Source: Octopus vulgaris (taxonomy: Eukaryota). Taken from it: a stretch of DNA of 64,000 bases. Shown in pieces: positions 12,554 through 26,665 of this stretch. Made by a program: the position numbers and the translations under genes. Position 1 is the stretch's first letter; each line of letters begins with the position of its first letter. The stretch spans positions 38,130,001 to 38,194,000 of the forward strand of contig OX597839.1 of the NCBI GenBank assembly GCA_951406725.2, read 5' to 3'. Under the pieces are notes generated by a model, which ran no database searches, had not been told where the DNA came from, and saw only the letters and a list, made by a program, of their open reading frames with translations.

Positions 12554-13559
12554 ACCAATGATAATCATCTCTATTCATCAACATCATCATCATCATCATT
12601 ATCGCCATCATCATCGCAATCATCATCATCATCATCGCCTTCATCACCATGATCATCATCGCTATCATCATCGTCATCAACATCATCATTCATTAATACT
12701 CACGGTGTTTCTAATCAGTTTCCTCATCCTTCTAAGAAAAAGAACAAAATATACTTCTAATTTTGTTACAGTCATATATATGCGCACGCACTATTTATAA
12801 TTAATCGCATTATTCATTTAATTTTGTTGTGTGTCTTTAATTAGTTAACCTAGCTTATCTTATAATCCACCAACATATTTGTAGATACTTTCCAAAGATG
12901 TTTTTTCCATAATTTGATAGAGTCACATTAAACACCCGCATTATACCCAGTTTTACTTTTCAACCATTTATTATGGCTCATATAAAATTCTGTCTCTTTA
13001 CTGAAGTATATTGTTTTGATTTGATATTTGTTTATTGTTTTAGCATAATTAGTAACCCAAAATGCCATTATCGGTAATGTTGGTGAATTCATTTATTCTA
13101 AGATTTTCTTTATCCTATTTGCATAAATATTTTGCATAATATTATATATTATATACATTATGCATTATTATGTGTGTGTGTAAATATATGTATATGCATA
13201 TGTATATATGTATGTATATATATATAGTCAATGTACATAGATTTTAAGACTTAAATACAATTGAAAACTTATAAAGTTTAAAATTAATTAAAAATAATTT
13301 TGGAGTTAATTTTATAATTTTATATACAATTATATATTTACAAATACTTTTAAAATTAAAAATTCAATTTAACATATGTTAATGAACTTTTAAAGTTATT
13401 ACTGACGCGTAAAGTTTTCAACAGTTTTCAAGTTGTAAAGACTGTTTCCGTTTTATAAATATAATTTAAAGTTATCAATATCTTTTTGAATTTATGAATA
13501 CAATTTAAAGAGAAATCCATTTTTAAAATTATAAAATATTAAATCGTTTCAAACGCGTC

Positions 13560-13785
13560 GAGCTGGCAGAATCGTTAGCACGCCGGGCGAAATGCTTAGC
13601 GGTATTATATCTGCCGTTACATTCTGAGTTCAAATTCCGCCGAGGTCGACTTTGCCTTTCATCCTTTCGGGGTTGATAAATTAAGTACCAGTTACGCACT
13701 GGGGCCGATATAATCGACTTAATCCGTTTGTCTGTCCTTGTTTGTCCTCTCTGTGTTTAGCCCCTTGTGAGTAGTAAAGAAATAG
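13560..13785 (+). mobile_element. SINE family A copy
   Basis: Matches 1494-1708 along its length. Confidence 0.85.
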
Positions 13786-13829
13786 GTGTGTAACACACAC
13801 ACTCTCACATACACTACACACATACACAT

Positions 13830-13878
<49 letters not shown>

Positions 13879-13880
<2 letters not shown>

Positions 13881-14739
13881 GGGTGACCCAAAAGTCACTG
13901 ATGGGTTTCAATTTTTAATAACTTCCTTAACTTTACAAATAAACGCATGAAATGTTGATACAATATAAAGGACATAATGGAAATTAATATGTATGAGTCA
14001 AATTTTGCAACACCACTACATTACATATAAAAAAATGACATTGCTTAAATGGCAGCCATTTTCGGCTTCACATACCCATGCTCTTTCCAAAACATGTACC
14101 ATAACACCCTCAAGAGTTTCAGACCCCGCTTCTCTGATTTCTCTATTGATGTTCTCCTTCAGCTGCGCCAGGGTCTCCAGTTTGTTGACATAAACCCTCT
14201 CTTCCAGGTATCCCCACGAGAAAAAATCTGGTCTTGTCAAGTCTGGGGAATGTGAAGGCCAGTTGACATTGCTGTAGCGGGAGATTATTCTCTCTCCAAA
14301 GCAGTGCTGTAGAAACCGCATTGTTTCTCCTGCAGTATGAGCAGTTGCCCCATCTTGGTGGAACCATGTGTGAGGTCTACTTTGAATGGCCAGACGCAAA
14401 AGGTTCTCAATCATGGTTCTGTACCGTTCTCCAGTCACTGTGAGAGCATTTCCGTCTTCCTACTCAGAGAAATAAGGACAGATAATTTCATCTTCTGTCA
14501 ATCCACACCACACCGTGAACCATACGTTGGTATACTGTTCTCGGTTTCCCAGAGCGCCCAAAACGGCAATTTTGTTTGTTGACGAACCCATTCAAATGAA
14601 AATCTGAAAACGAGAGAAAAGGTTAAATAATTAATTTCCATAATGTCCTTTGTATTGTATCAAAATTTCATACATTTATTTGTAAAGTTAAGGAAGTTAT
14701 TAGAAATTGTAATTCATCAGTGACTTTTGGGACACCATG
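13879..14739 (-). mobile_element. Internally deleted Tc1/mariner transposon, DD41D (rosa) group
   Basis: ~110-bp imperfect TIRs (cagggtgacccaaaagtcactgatg... / ...catcagtgacttttgggacaccatg|TA); minus-strand transposase fragment WFHQDGATAH...WPSHSPDLTRPDFFSWG with 41 residues between the last two catalytic Asp; upstream FHLNGFVNKQNCRFW is frameshifted. Confidence 0.92.
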
Positions 14740-14782
14740 TATAAATATGTGTGTGTATTTATATGTATATATATATATATAT

Positions 14783-14895
<113 letters not shown>

Positions 14896-15322
14896 TCTTT
14901 TACTTTCTGTGGAACTATAAAATGAACAAGTAAAACAGCCCCAGAAGAGCTATTTCGTTTAGTCGGTCTTTTGGGCAACCATAGGCGTCAGGGAATACAC
15001 CGAAAGGAAATACCGAAAATGGTTTGCTAAACTAGAATCTATATTCTTCCTAAACTCGTACGCTTGTTATTCTTGGCTAAATAAATCTCGGCTTATCTAA
15101 AATAAATTAAACATATAGACGCACTTCCAACATATATTTCTATTGAGAATTTTCATGTTTTTCTATCATAAAATAAACACAAACTGTACATATGTATAAA
15201 TATATATACTTTTGCATGCATATATCTAAATTTATATATATGTATGTGTATGCGTGTGTGTGTGTGTGTGTATGTGTGTGCGTGCGTGTGAATAGATATG
15301 TACATATATATATAACTGCATG

Positions 15323-15357
<35 letters not shown>

Positions 15358-15603
15358 ATAATTAAATATTTTTGTGCAAATAACTATAAACGAATATATG
15401 CGTATAGGAAGAGAGATGTGTGCATTTGTATAAATGTAAGAAAGAAAAGCTTCTCATTACCGAGGGCAGTGCTCCAGCTCGGCCGTGGTCCACAAACAGG
15501 AACGAAAGAATGCATGTTGCGGAGTTTTATTTATTCATCAACTCGAATTCGGTGACTCATTCTCTCGCAGAGGGCGATCCTGTGTCATGAAGCTACACAC
15601 ACA

Positions 15604-15634
<31 letters not shown>

Positions 15635-15744
15635 TAATATACATGTCATATAGTATATATGCATGTAGAGACTTGTATATATATCTATATGTATATGTGT
15701 AAGAAAATGTATTATATAATAAACATACACACATACATGCATAC

Positions 15745-15861
<117 letters not shown>

Positions 15862-16075
15862 CAGATAGATAGATATAAGCAATTGTATGTCTATATGCGT
15901 GTGCTTACGTAAATATGTGTTTTAGGTGAGGTGAGAGTACTCGTTAAACAAGAAGTACCACGGGTATTTCACCTCAGCATTCTTATTGCCAGCACCCCAG
16001 CTGGGAGGAACGAGGTGAAGGGGACTTTGAAGTCCTGTGCACTCAACGAACAACAACAAGCGAATATATATATGT

Positions 16076-16167
<92 letters not shown>

Positions 16168-16837
16168 ATATATACATATATATATGTCTACCAATATGTA
16201 TGTCTACATATTGGTAGACAGATAAATAGGTAGATATACATACATTCATAATATCGATATATACATACACATACATACATACACACACACACGCGCGCAC
16301 ACACACAGATATTCCAAATAGGTGCGTATGCACTGAATGACGTACGCAAGTGCAATTTGCTTATGAACTGAGATACGATTCTTAGTTGGAGTAAGAAAAC
16401 ATCAGATATAGAAATGAAAAGAAAAATAGAAAACCTAAACCTAGCGGTAATTGCCAAACCCTTCAAGACTAAATGAGAAATAATTTCAAAGAATTTACAA
16501 TCTATTTCAAAATAAAATTAATTTTCATGATTGACGGAAAATCACTTTCTTTTAATTATGAAAGCGAGAATGGTGGGAGTTGAGGAGTGTTTTCGACCTC
16601 AATGAAGCCCGTCCAAATATGGCTGAAACTGCGTTTCACCCTCTGACCAATAGCTGACGAAGAATTGATCTTCTGTTTTCTGTTCGTCTGTATATTTAGT
16701 ATAGTTTGGTTGTTTCATTTCTGCACGTTTTTTTCAAATTATATATTTAGGTTAGTCATATTTTCCGTTTGTTGTTTTTTTTAATCCAAACCAGAAAATA
16801 TTAGTTATGTAACGAACACACTCATTAATTTGTTACC

Positions 16838-16908
<71 letters not shown>

Positions 16909-17049
16909 CGGGAAGCTTTATGAAAATAAACAAAAGACGAAGGCAGGTGGAAAACAAACGAACAATTGTATTAGTATGGCGCTCAGGAAATATAAATAAA
17001 ACAAGTCTTTAACGTTTCGAGCCTACGCTCTTCAACAGAATATATACAT

Positions 17050-17330
17050 ATGCTCTTCAATATCCTCCCGAAGAACCTGAGAGACCTGAATAGGGTGGAT
17101 GCAGATGTCTTTAAAATAAAACTGGATCTCTTCCTGTCAGGTGTCCCAGATGAACCAACTTCACGGCAGGAGGTGCAGATGAGGGCAGCTGCATCGAACT
17201 CTCTCATGCACCAAATGGCAATTGCTAAAAAGCATTCGTGAAGTAAAATCATGTAGCAACACCAAATGGCGGTGCCCCAGCATGGCCACAGCTCGTGAGC
17301 TGAAACTAGATACAATAAAATAAAATAAAT
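17050..17330 (+). mobile_element. 3' end of a CR1/L2-group LINE (ORF2 C-terminus, short 3'UTR, (taaaa)n tail)
   Basis: LFNILPKNLR...FKIKLDLFL...PDEP...RAAASNSL, a typical LINE ORF2 end; 3'UTR shared with SINE family C. Confidence 0.7.
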
Positions 17331-17718
17331 ATATATATATACATATGGGTAAAATAGTTGTTGACTCTGTCCGTTATTCAAACTGCGTTCTTTTTGTTTG
17401 TTTGGGCGCATGTGTGTAGGTCAGTGTGTGTGTGTGAGTCAGTGTGTGTGTGTGGGTCAGTGTGTGTGTGTGTGGGTCAGTGTGTGTGTGTGTGGGTCAG
17501 TGTGTGTGGGGGGGTCATTGTGTGTGTGTGTGGGTCAGTGTGTGTGTGTGGGTCAGTGTGTGTGGGTCAGTGTGTGTGTGGGGGTCAGTGTGTGTGTGTG
17601 GGTCAGTGTGTGTGTGTGTTTGTGTGCATACACATGTATGTATGTTTTATGTATGCATGTGTGTGCAGATGTATATATGTGTTCTGCATATTCTGCAGAA
17701 TGCATGAATACATGCATA

Positions 17719-17762
<44 letters not shown>

Positions 17763-17769
17763 ACCAGAT

Positions 17770-17891
17770 TATAATTGCGAAGATGATCCGGTTCTTGACT
17801 GAAGATTGAAGGCTTCGAATGTCCCGTCCGTGTTTTTTGTGTCGTCTTCTAAATGTTTCACGTTCTTGTCCCAGTTTGTATATTTTTTTAC

Positions 17892-17895
<4 letters not shown>
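17770..17895. repeat. Short dispersed repeat flanked by microsatellites
   Basis: Near-identical copy at 62376-62490. Confidence 0.8.
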
Positions 17896-17976
<81 letters not shown>

Positions 17977-18499
17977 TTGTGCGTCTGTATTGTCGCCCCC
18001 CATCCTCCCTTGACAATCGATGTTGGTGTGCTTAGCCGTTCGGCAAAAGAGACCGATGAAATAAGTACTAGACTTACGAAGAATAAGTTGCAGGGTCGAT
18101 TTGTTCGACTGAAGGTGGTGCTCCAGCATGGCCGCAGTCAAATGACTGAAACAAATAAAAATAAAAAAAGTAAATGAATATATGTATGCATGTATGTATG
18201 TATGTATGTCTGCATGTATGTATACCGAGAGAGTGGGGAGCAGTGAGTGGTGGTGGGTGTGGGCACGTCGAGTTTCTAAATTCACGCGAGACACACATAT
18301 TGGCCAGGATAATTACACCTCAACTGGTGTTTAAATAGACGCGCGGTCCATTGAAGCATGAATAATGCAGGATATCTATGACGTCAACAGGTAGACATTC
18401 TGATTGGTTAGATCTGGGATGGGGCCACGTGATTACTGGTGGCCACAGTCATGGTGGTGCTGCTGGCTCCGAGGGTGTTGATTACGGAGATATTTGCTG

Positions 18500-18889
18500 T
18501 TATGGTGGTGGTGTTGGTGGTGGTGGTGGTGGTGGTGGTGGCGGTGGTAATAGTGGTGGTGATGGTAGTGATGGAAATGATGATAGTGGTAGTGGTGGTG
18601 GTGGTGGAGGTGGTGGTGGTGGTGGTGGTGGTGGCGGCGGTGGTAGTGGTGGTGGTGGTGGTGGTAGTGGTGATAATAGTGATGGAAATGATGATAGTGG
18701 TAGTGGTGGTGGTGGTGATGACGGTAGTGACTGTTGTGATGGTGGTGTTGGTGGTGGTGGTGGTGGTGGTGTTGGTGTTGGTGGTGGTGGTGGTGGTGAT
18801 AATAGTGATGGAAATGATGATAGTGGTAGTGGTGGTGGTGGTGATGACGGTAGTGATTGTTGTGATGGTGGTGTTGATGGTGGTGTTGG

Positions 18890-18920
<31 letters not shown>

Positions 18921-19170
18921 GGTGGTGATAGTAGTGATGGAAATGATGATAGTGGTAGTGGTGGTGGTGGTGATGACGGTAGTGATTGTTGTGATGGTGG
19001 TGGTGTTGGTGGTGTTGGTGGTGGTGTTGGTGTTGGTGGTGGTGGTGGTGGTGGTGGTGTTGGTGGTAGTGGTGATAGTAGTGATGGAAATGATGATAGT
19101 GGTAGTGGTGGTGGTGGTGGTGATGACGGTAGTGACTGTTGTGATGGTGGTGGTGGTGTTGGTGATAGTA
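18500..19170. repeat. (GGT)n-derived minisatellite, five units marked by gatggaaatgatgatagtggtagt
   Basis: Marker recurs five times at ~110-150 bp spacing. Confidence 0.85.
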
Positions 19171-19966
19171 TGCTGTGGTGGAGGTGGTGATGGTGCTGAT
19201 TAGTGTTGATGAGGTTACATATGGAAGAGGGAATGGTAGAGGCGAATTTATTGCGGGTGGAAGAGATGGCGGTGCTGTTGTTGTTGTTGTTTGTAGTGGT
19301 GGTGGTGGTGGTGGTGATGGTGGTGGTGGTGGTACGAGTGACGGGTCCGCATATAGTTGCTTATGTGTCGGTCGGGCGGTGGAGGTGCGGTTGGCGGTAG
19401 GGATGATTATAGTGGCGGCGGTTGTGCGTTCGGGGTGGGATGGAGGCAGAGACGGAGACTGGGGTGGTGGTGGTGGTGGTGGTGGGGTGTTTTAGGATGC
19501 GTATGTGTGCGTTTGTCAGGATTAATTAATAAGCAGGTGTTAGATCTCATCGAATTTGGGTAAGAGCCACGGGTGGTACGGTGTAGAGCAGGGTAGAAGA
19601 GGAGCGAAGTGGGGAACTGGGGTAGTGGTGGTGGTGGTGGTGGTGGTGGTGGCGGTGGTGGTGGTGGTGGACGTAGAGCTAATGAAGAACCGAGGCAGTA
19701 GAGCAAGGTTTTGGGGGGTAGGTAATCGGGGTGGGGTGAAGGAAAGGAAATGGTTGGCGTCTGAAGAGTTTGCTGCTTTATACATTCTTTGTTCTGCTAT
19801 AGAGAAAAACGGCGCAATAAACTTTGGTCTGGAGGCTAAGGTAGCTACGAAAAACGGGTGGCGGGGGGTGGGGGTGGGACGGGGTGTCGGTTCTCTAATT
19901 AATGTAGTTCAGGGTAACTAGGGTGGGAATATAAAATTATATTTGAGATTGTCATGGTCGCTGTCG

Positions 19967-19998
<32 letters not shown>

Positions 19999-20212
19999 GC
20001 TGCTGTTGGTGTTGGTGTTGGTGGTGGTGGTGGTGGTGGTAGTGGCGGTGGTAGTGGTGGCTGTTGTTGTTTTATTCTCAAGTCACCCATGATTGAGCAA
20101 CCAAGCTGAAGAAGACCTTCATATTTCATACGTCTAAGGCATGGTATATCAAGGACTACATTATCCAAAAGGCCGTATCTCATCATCATTATTATTATCA
20201 TCATCATCATCA

Positions 20213-20279
<67 letters not shown>

Positions 20280-20296
20280 CATCATCATTATTATTA

Positions 20297-20351
<55 letters not shown>

Positions 20352-20376
20352 CATCATCATCATCATTATTATTATT

Positions 20377-20408
<32 letters not shown>

Positions 20409-20413
20409 CATCA

Positions 20414-20448
<35 letters not shown>

Positions 20449-20487
20449 ATTATTATTATTATTATTATTATTATTATCATTATTGTT

Positions 20488-20523
<36 letters not shown>

Positions 20524-20921
20524 ATCATATTCTTTTTCTTCTCCTTCTTCATCATCATCATCATTATTATTAATATAGGACTTGAGGGTATGAGTTGAGA
20601 AAGATATTTTAAAGCAGTTTTTGGCAAGAAAATGAACTACATACATGCGTATATATGCACACGTATATATATATATACGCATACTTAAGCATATACATAT
20701 ATACATATACAACAATCTATAATAGATAGACTAATGTGACTCTTTTTAATGGAAGAATTCAAAGGCAGCCTTCTACTTTCTTTATTCCAAAGGGTTTTTC
20801 AACCCAGTTATTTATAGATTTATGTATTTCGAGATCCAGTTCCTCAAAATTAATTATTTCATGTTCTCTCCGAAGTCTAGAAATTCTTCCGACATCAACA
20901 ATACATACATACATACATACA

Positions 20922-20981
<60 letters not shown>

Positions 20982-21067
20982 TGTATGTATGTATGTATGT
21001 ATGTATGTATATATGTATGTATGTATATATATATGTATATATATGTATGTATGTATATATATATATG

Positions 21068-21123
<56 letters not shown>

Positions 21124-21154
21124 CACTCACGCACTTAGAACGTAGCGGCAGATG

Positions 21155-21392
21155 AAATACTTATTTCTTTACTACCCACAAGGGGCTAAACACAGAGAGG
21201 ACAAACAAGGACAGACAAACGGATTAAGTCGATTATATCAACCCCAGTGCGTACTTGGTACTTATTTAATCGACCCCGAAAGGATGAAAGGCAACGCCGA
21301 CCTCGGCGGAATTTGAACTCAGAACGTAGCGGCAGACGAAATACCGCTAAGCATTTCCCCCGGCGTGCTAACGATTCTGCCAGCTCGCTGCC
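21155..21392 (-). mobile_element. SINE family A copy
   Basis: Reverse complement of 13560-13785. Confidence 0.85.
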
Positions 21393-22031
21393 TTTTCGAT
21401 TATTATGATATTAATAACATCATCATTTTGATTATCAGCAACAACTCTTTCGAAATATCTACAAATTCTCCGCTGTATACTTAACTAATGATATTGCTTC
21501 GATCGCGTTCGATATTTGGATTGGATTAAATCAATCTACCACGAAGAAGTTGATTACGATATTGATGATGAATTATCGATTACGGATATTGGCTATAACG
21601 GATGTCAAAATGGTTTACTCTGTACAAAGAAGAAACTGGAACCTGTCCGAAGTGTATGCATTGCGTGGCTCTGCGAGGTGTTGTGTGGGGTTGCTTGTTA
21701 TGCTGTGCTGGAAAGATCTGAGGGAAGAATTTCCAACCAAAACAAAGAATTCTGCGATAATTTCGATCGCCATTTTTATCGTTTTATTTTATTTGCTTTT
21801 TTTTTTTACCTTCATCGACTTGGGATGGATTCAAAGAATTTTTACATTAACACAAACATTACACGCACACACACACATGCATATATATCTATGCAATATA
21901 TATACTTATGTATGTAGATGTGTGTTTGTACAGGTGCATGTATATATATATATATATGTAGATAGATGAATAGATATATACATGCATATATACATACATA
22001 CATACATACATACATACATACATACGCTCAC

Positions 22032-22087
<56 letters not shown>

Positions 22088-22653
22088 TAAGAGTTTGTTG
22101 TATAGATTAATTTTTCACGGCCAGTTTAACGTAGGAATCTGGCCTTGCCAACTTCGGGTCGGTTCTTTGCTATTAAAAGGTCGTCCATGGTTTTTCGATT
22201 CATCAATTTCGTATTCATGGCTGAATCTCTCAGAGAAAGCTTCATAAAAATAATTCAACAGTAACAATAACAACAACCACAACAACAATAATAATAACTA
22301 TGAGAAGGATGAAAATGATGATGATGATGGTAGTTGTGGTGGTGGTGGTGGTGGTGGTGGAGGTGGCGGTGGCGGCGGCAGCGTTGCCGGTGGTAGCGGT
22401 GGTGGTGGTTGTGGTGATGGTGGTGGAGGTGGTGGTGGTTGTGGTGTTGTTGTTGTTGGTGGTGGTAGTGTTGGTATTGGTGGTGGTGGTGGTGGTGAAG
22501 ATGATAATGATGATTATAATATGAGTAGTAGTGGTAGTCATAATAATATGAATAGTAGTAACAGTAGACTTACCCCCTACCCGAAATTGCTAGCCTTGTG
22601 TCCAAAATTTGAAACCATTAGTATTGTCATTATTATTGTTATTATTATTATTA

Positions 22654-22768
<115 letters not shown>

Positions 22769-22770
22769 CA

Positions 22771-22822
<52 letters not shown>

Positions 22823-22827
22823 CATCA

Positions 22828-22877
<50 letters not shown>

Positions 22878-22979
22878 GTTATTGTTATTATTATTAATTT
22901 CAATAAGATTAATATTATTACTAATATTAACGTTAACATTAATAGCAACAACAACAACAACAACAATGATATTAATAAC

Positions 22980-23015
<36 letters not shown>

Positions 23016-23815
23016 CATAATAATAATACGAAAACGCCGCCGACAGCAACACACTGTCGTCGACTACGGGGACATCGTCTATTATGATGATGAATATATT
23101 TTTGTAATAAGCTAAGCAATGAAATGTTTGCACCGGGAAGCACACAAAACGAAATACTTTACTCTATTTGACACACTTCTCGTTTCGTTTTTAGTTCTAA
23201 TCCTAGCCACAAGCAATCTCGTAGTTGATTCTTTATGGCGTGCTTAAAATAACGAAGTACCAGTTAAATATTATGATCGATTGTTTTGGTTACAATTTCT
23301 CCTGGCAAATTGTTAGTACTTGTGTTTATGTTTGAAGAAATAATGGAAAATAAAGAAGACCGGCGGGGAAAATTTTGGCGATTCTACTCCAACCAAGATG
23401 GCGGTTCTCTATTCTGTATTCGGATGTGGTTCTCAAGTTTTTATGGATTCGTACTTATTCGTTTACATACATTATGAGCAGCACAGAAGTAGGTTTTCAG
23501 GTCTGGTACGAGTATGTACTGCTTTGTCTAGGCTTAGCAACGATGGGCGCTTCTTGTAGTCGGTGTTCTGAGAGTTACCACTCACTCTCAAACATGCTTC
23601 TATTCCGTCATTGAACTTTTCGTTGAGTGTTTTATCTCTTTTGACAACAGCCAGCCATGGTATGCAACACATAAGACAGAAATAAAGATATAAAAATCAC
23701 GTGATGTCTTTGCTTGAGAGCTTTTAATGTGAGGAAAGGTGTTTTACAGGATGATTCCTTTCACATTTCTCTGATAAATAACAATACCACGTGTTGTGTA
23801 TGCTTGTTGGTTGCG

Positions 23816-24487
23816 TGTAAAATGATAAACAACACACACTTACAATTAACAATTAACGATTAACAATTAACAAAGGCTTTATTTATTGAATAGAGTGTGT
23901 TCTGTGTTGGTCTTTAGATGAAGAATGAAACGACAATTCGTACTCACCGGGAGAGACAAACTCTGGTCCGTATCAATCTGTGACTAGTCCGAGTATAACT
24001 TGGGAAATATCGCACTAAATTCATAACGGCAAATCTCTATCTTCATCTCTACATCTTGAGAACGAAAGAAATTAGAATCGAGTTGTTGAAACAACTCCAT
24101 TCTCATTCTCAAGTTACCGCCAAAAATTTGCTTAAGTCTTCTGTCCCACCGGGTCATGAAGAGGCCGGCCACATCTTCAGCTACACCGACACCAACGGCT
24201 GCATCTTGAACCTGCATGCGTTATTTTTTTTTATTAAACTATACTATTTGGTTCTCCTATGTGGTTTTTACACTGGCCCCTATTGCATGTGCAATCATTT
24301 CTATCACCTGATTCTCAAGTTACCGCCAAAAATCTACCTTTTATAAAACTCATTAGAAGGTTCTAGAAAGTCGAATCACATGGTGGCTTGATACTGATTG
24401 ATCACTTAATCGACCGATGACGTGAAACGATGTTCTAAGTGTGGCGTCCGCACGGCTGTCCGGCGATTCGGTTTCGAATTCGTTACA
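23816..24487 (-). mobile_element. Possible solo/relic LTR
   Basis: Ends TGTAA...TTACA; on the minus strand a TATAAAA (~24340) precedes AATAAA (~23885); no target-site duplication found. Confidence 0.3.
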
Positions 24488-25087
24488 CTATGTTTATTTT
24501 TTTAAACCCTTGTGTTGATTGTTTAATGCGGTTTTAGCTTCTATCTTTTAGGGTTTATCCATTTTTCTTTTTTCAGTCATTCGACAGTGGGCACCGCTTT
24601 CAGGGGTTTTAGTTGAACAAAATTGACTCCAGGACTTATGCCTTTTTAAAAATGATACGTATTTATCGGGTCTTTTGCCGAACTGCTAGGTTACGGGGGG
24701 TCATAACTGAACTAGCACCGGTCGTCAAGCGGTGTGGCGGAGGAAAAGCACACACGCACACACACACACACACATACACACACATACACACACACACACA
24801 TACACATACATATATACGTACACACACACACACACACACACACATACACACACACACACAAATACACATACATATATACATACACACACACACACACATA
24901 CACACACATACACACACGCACACACACAAACACACACACACACTTATATATTTTCTGTAGTTTCAACTCAGAGCTGCGGCCATGCTGATGCACCACCGTT
25001 TAAAAAAATGATCATCTTTAATCTATTATTCGAAACCTTATTAGGATCTCATCAGAGGTGTCCACATTATTCTGAGAGTCTCTGGCA

Positions 25088-25154
<67 letters not shown>

Positions 25155-25175
25155 GTGTGTATGTATGTAGGTATG

Positions 25176-25410
25176 CCAGCGGTGAGCTGGCAGAAGCGTT
25201 AGCACGTCGGGCGAAATGCATAGCGGTATTTCGTTTGTCGCTACGTTCTGAGTTCAAATTCCGCCGAGGTCGACTTTGCCTTTCATCCTTTCGGGGTCGA
25301 TTAAATAAGTACCAGTTACGCACTGGGGTCGTTATAATCGACTTAATCCGTTTGTCTGTCCTTGTCCGTCCCATCTGTGTTTAGCCCCTTGTGGGTAGTA
25401 AAGAAATAGG
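25176..25410 (+). mobile_element. SINE family A copy
   Basis: Matches 13560-13785. Confidence 0.85.
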
Positions 25411-25669
25411 TATGTATTTATACAACGGCTTCCACACCGTTTCCGTCTACGAAATTCTTCACTCAGTTCATTGGTCGGCCCTGGGCTATTGTAAAAGACA
25501 CATTCCCAAGATGCTTCGCGGTGTAACTACGTTTGATCTAAGATGTCGGTCGCCTTTTATGCCATCAAATACTGCATTTGTTATAATATATATCGTGTAC
25601 ATTATATCATTTGAATATTTCATAATTTGCAAATTCCATAAAAAAAAACAAACTTGTTTTCTATTGCAG

Positions 25670-25761
25670 GTATTTGACTGCCGTCATATTACCTCCACCC
25701 GTGAAATGTTTGAAGCGATTTGCAATCATATCAAATATGGTACTAACAAAGGGAACATCAG
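25670..25761 (+). CDS. NOS: NOS coding exon 4
   Basis: ttgcag|GTA...AG|gtaaga, 92 nt; [31 protein letters not shown]. Confidence 0.97.
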
Positions 25762-25810
25762 GTAAGATTCCATGCATGTGTTGAGTGAAGAGAGAGGGGG
25801 GATTAGGAGG

Positions 25811-26170
25811 AAGGGTAGCGGACTCGCGGTCATAGGATCGCGGTTTCGATTCCCAGACCGGGCATTGTGAGTGTTTATTGAGCGAAAACACCTAAAAGCT
25901 CCACGAGGCTCCGGCAGGGATGGTGGTGATCCCTGCTGTACTCTTTCACCACAACTTTCTCTCACTCTTACTTCCTGTTTCTGTTGTACCTGTATTTCAA
26001 AGGGCCGGCCTTGTCACTCTCTGTGTCACGCTGAATATCCCCGAGAACTACGTTAAGGGTACACGTGTCTGTGGAGTGCTCAGCCACTTACACGTTAATT
26101 TCACGAGCAGGCTGTTCCGTTGATTCGGATCAACCGGAACCCTCGTCGTCGTAACCGACGGAGTGCTTCC
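25811..26170 (+). mobile_element. SINE family B copy 50 nt downstream of exon 4
   Basis: B-box-like ggtttcgattccc; body shared with 1787-2130 and 50439-50742. Confidence 0.82.
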
Positions 26171-26614
26171 AGGAGGAGGAGGGAAAAGGAAATAGAAGTG
26201 ATTTCGATTCCTGGACTGGGCGATGCGTTGTGTTTCTACAGCAAACCCCTTCATTTCACGTAGTTGCAGTCCACTCAGCTGGTGAAAATGAGTGACCCTG
26301 CGACGGACCGGTGTCCCGTCCATGAAGGAGTATACACGTCAGGGAAACCGGAGAAACCGATGCTATGCTCCTTATGGAGTAAATGGTCTCGTCAAAAAAT
26401 GGTTTTTTAATAATCTGTTTTATTTCAAGGTTGTGAAAAATTTCTTTTCGGAAATTAATATTCGTTTCATCATTTTTGTACAGCGATGTACTCGCATAGC
26501 AAGTGACTTGATCTGAGATCGTGTGCTGGAACGAAAACAATTGCAGCGTGGAAGGTGTTTGTAAGCCATTTAAGAAACACACAAAAGCCGTTCGATTCAG
26601 ATGCAGCACGGATT

Positions 26615-26665
26615 TTTGTCAGTGAACAGGTCGCGGTCTTAAAGCGACGAAAATATTTTGACAAA
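26615..26665 (+). ncRNA. Type-I hammerhead motif with G3-C8 covariant core
   Basis: uuuguca GUGAACA G GUCGC-ggucuuaaa-GCGAC GAAA AUAU UU ugacaaa (7-bp stem I, 5-bp stem II). Confidence 0.7.

Noticed and set aside
16598-16662. TCAATGA AGCC..GGCT GAAA motif and downstream CTGACGA
   Set aside because: Core heavily altered and no stem I; at most an old relic
17795-17826. CTGAAGA...GAAT motif (also at 62402) as a hammerhead
   Set aside because: GAAU instead of GAAA, marginal stem II and no stem I bracket
18378-19203. Gly-rich repeat protein-like ORF (GNDDSGSGGGGDDGSDCCDGG)
   Set aside because: (GGT)n minisatellite open in several frames inside an intron; no supporting gene structure
21516-21800. 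Complex-looking ORF MDWIKSIYHEEVDY...
   Set aside because: No recognisable motif, non-ATG start and no splice context; probably a decayed TE
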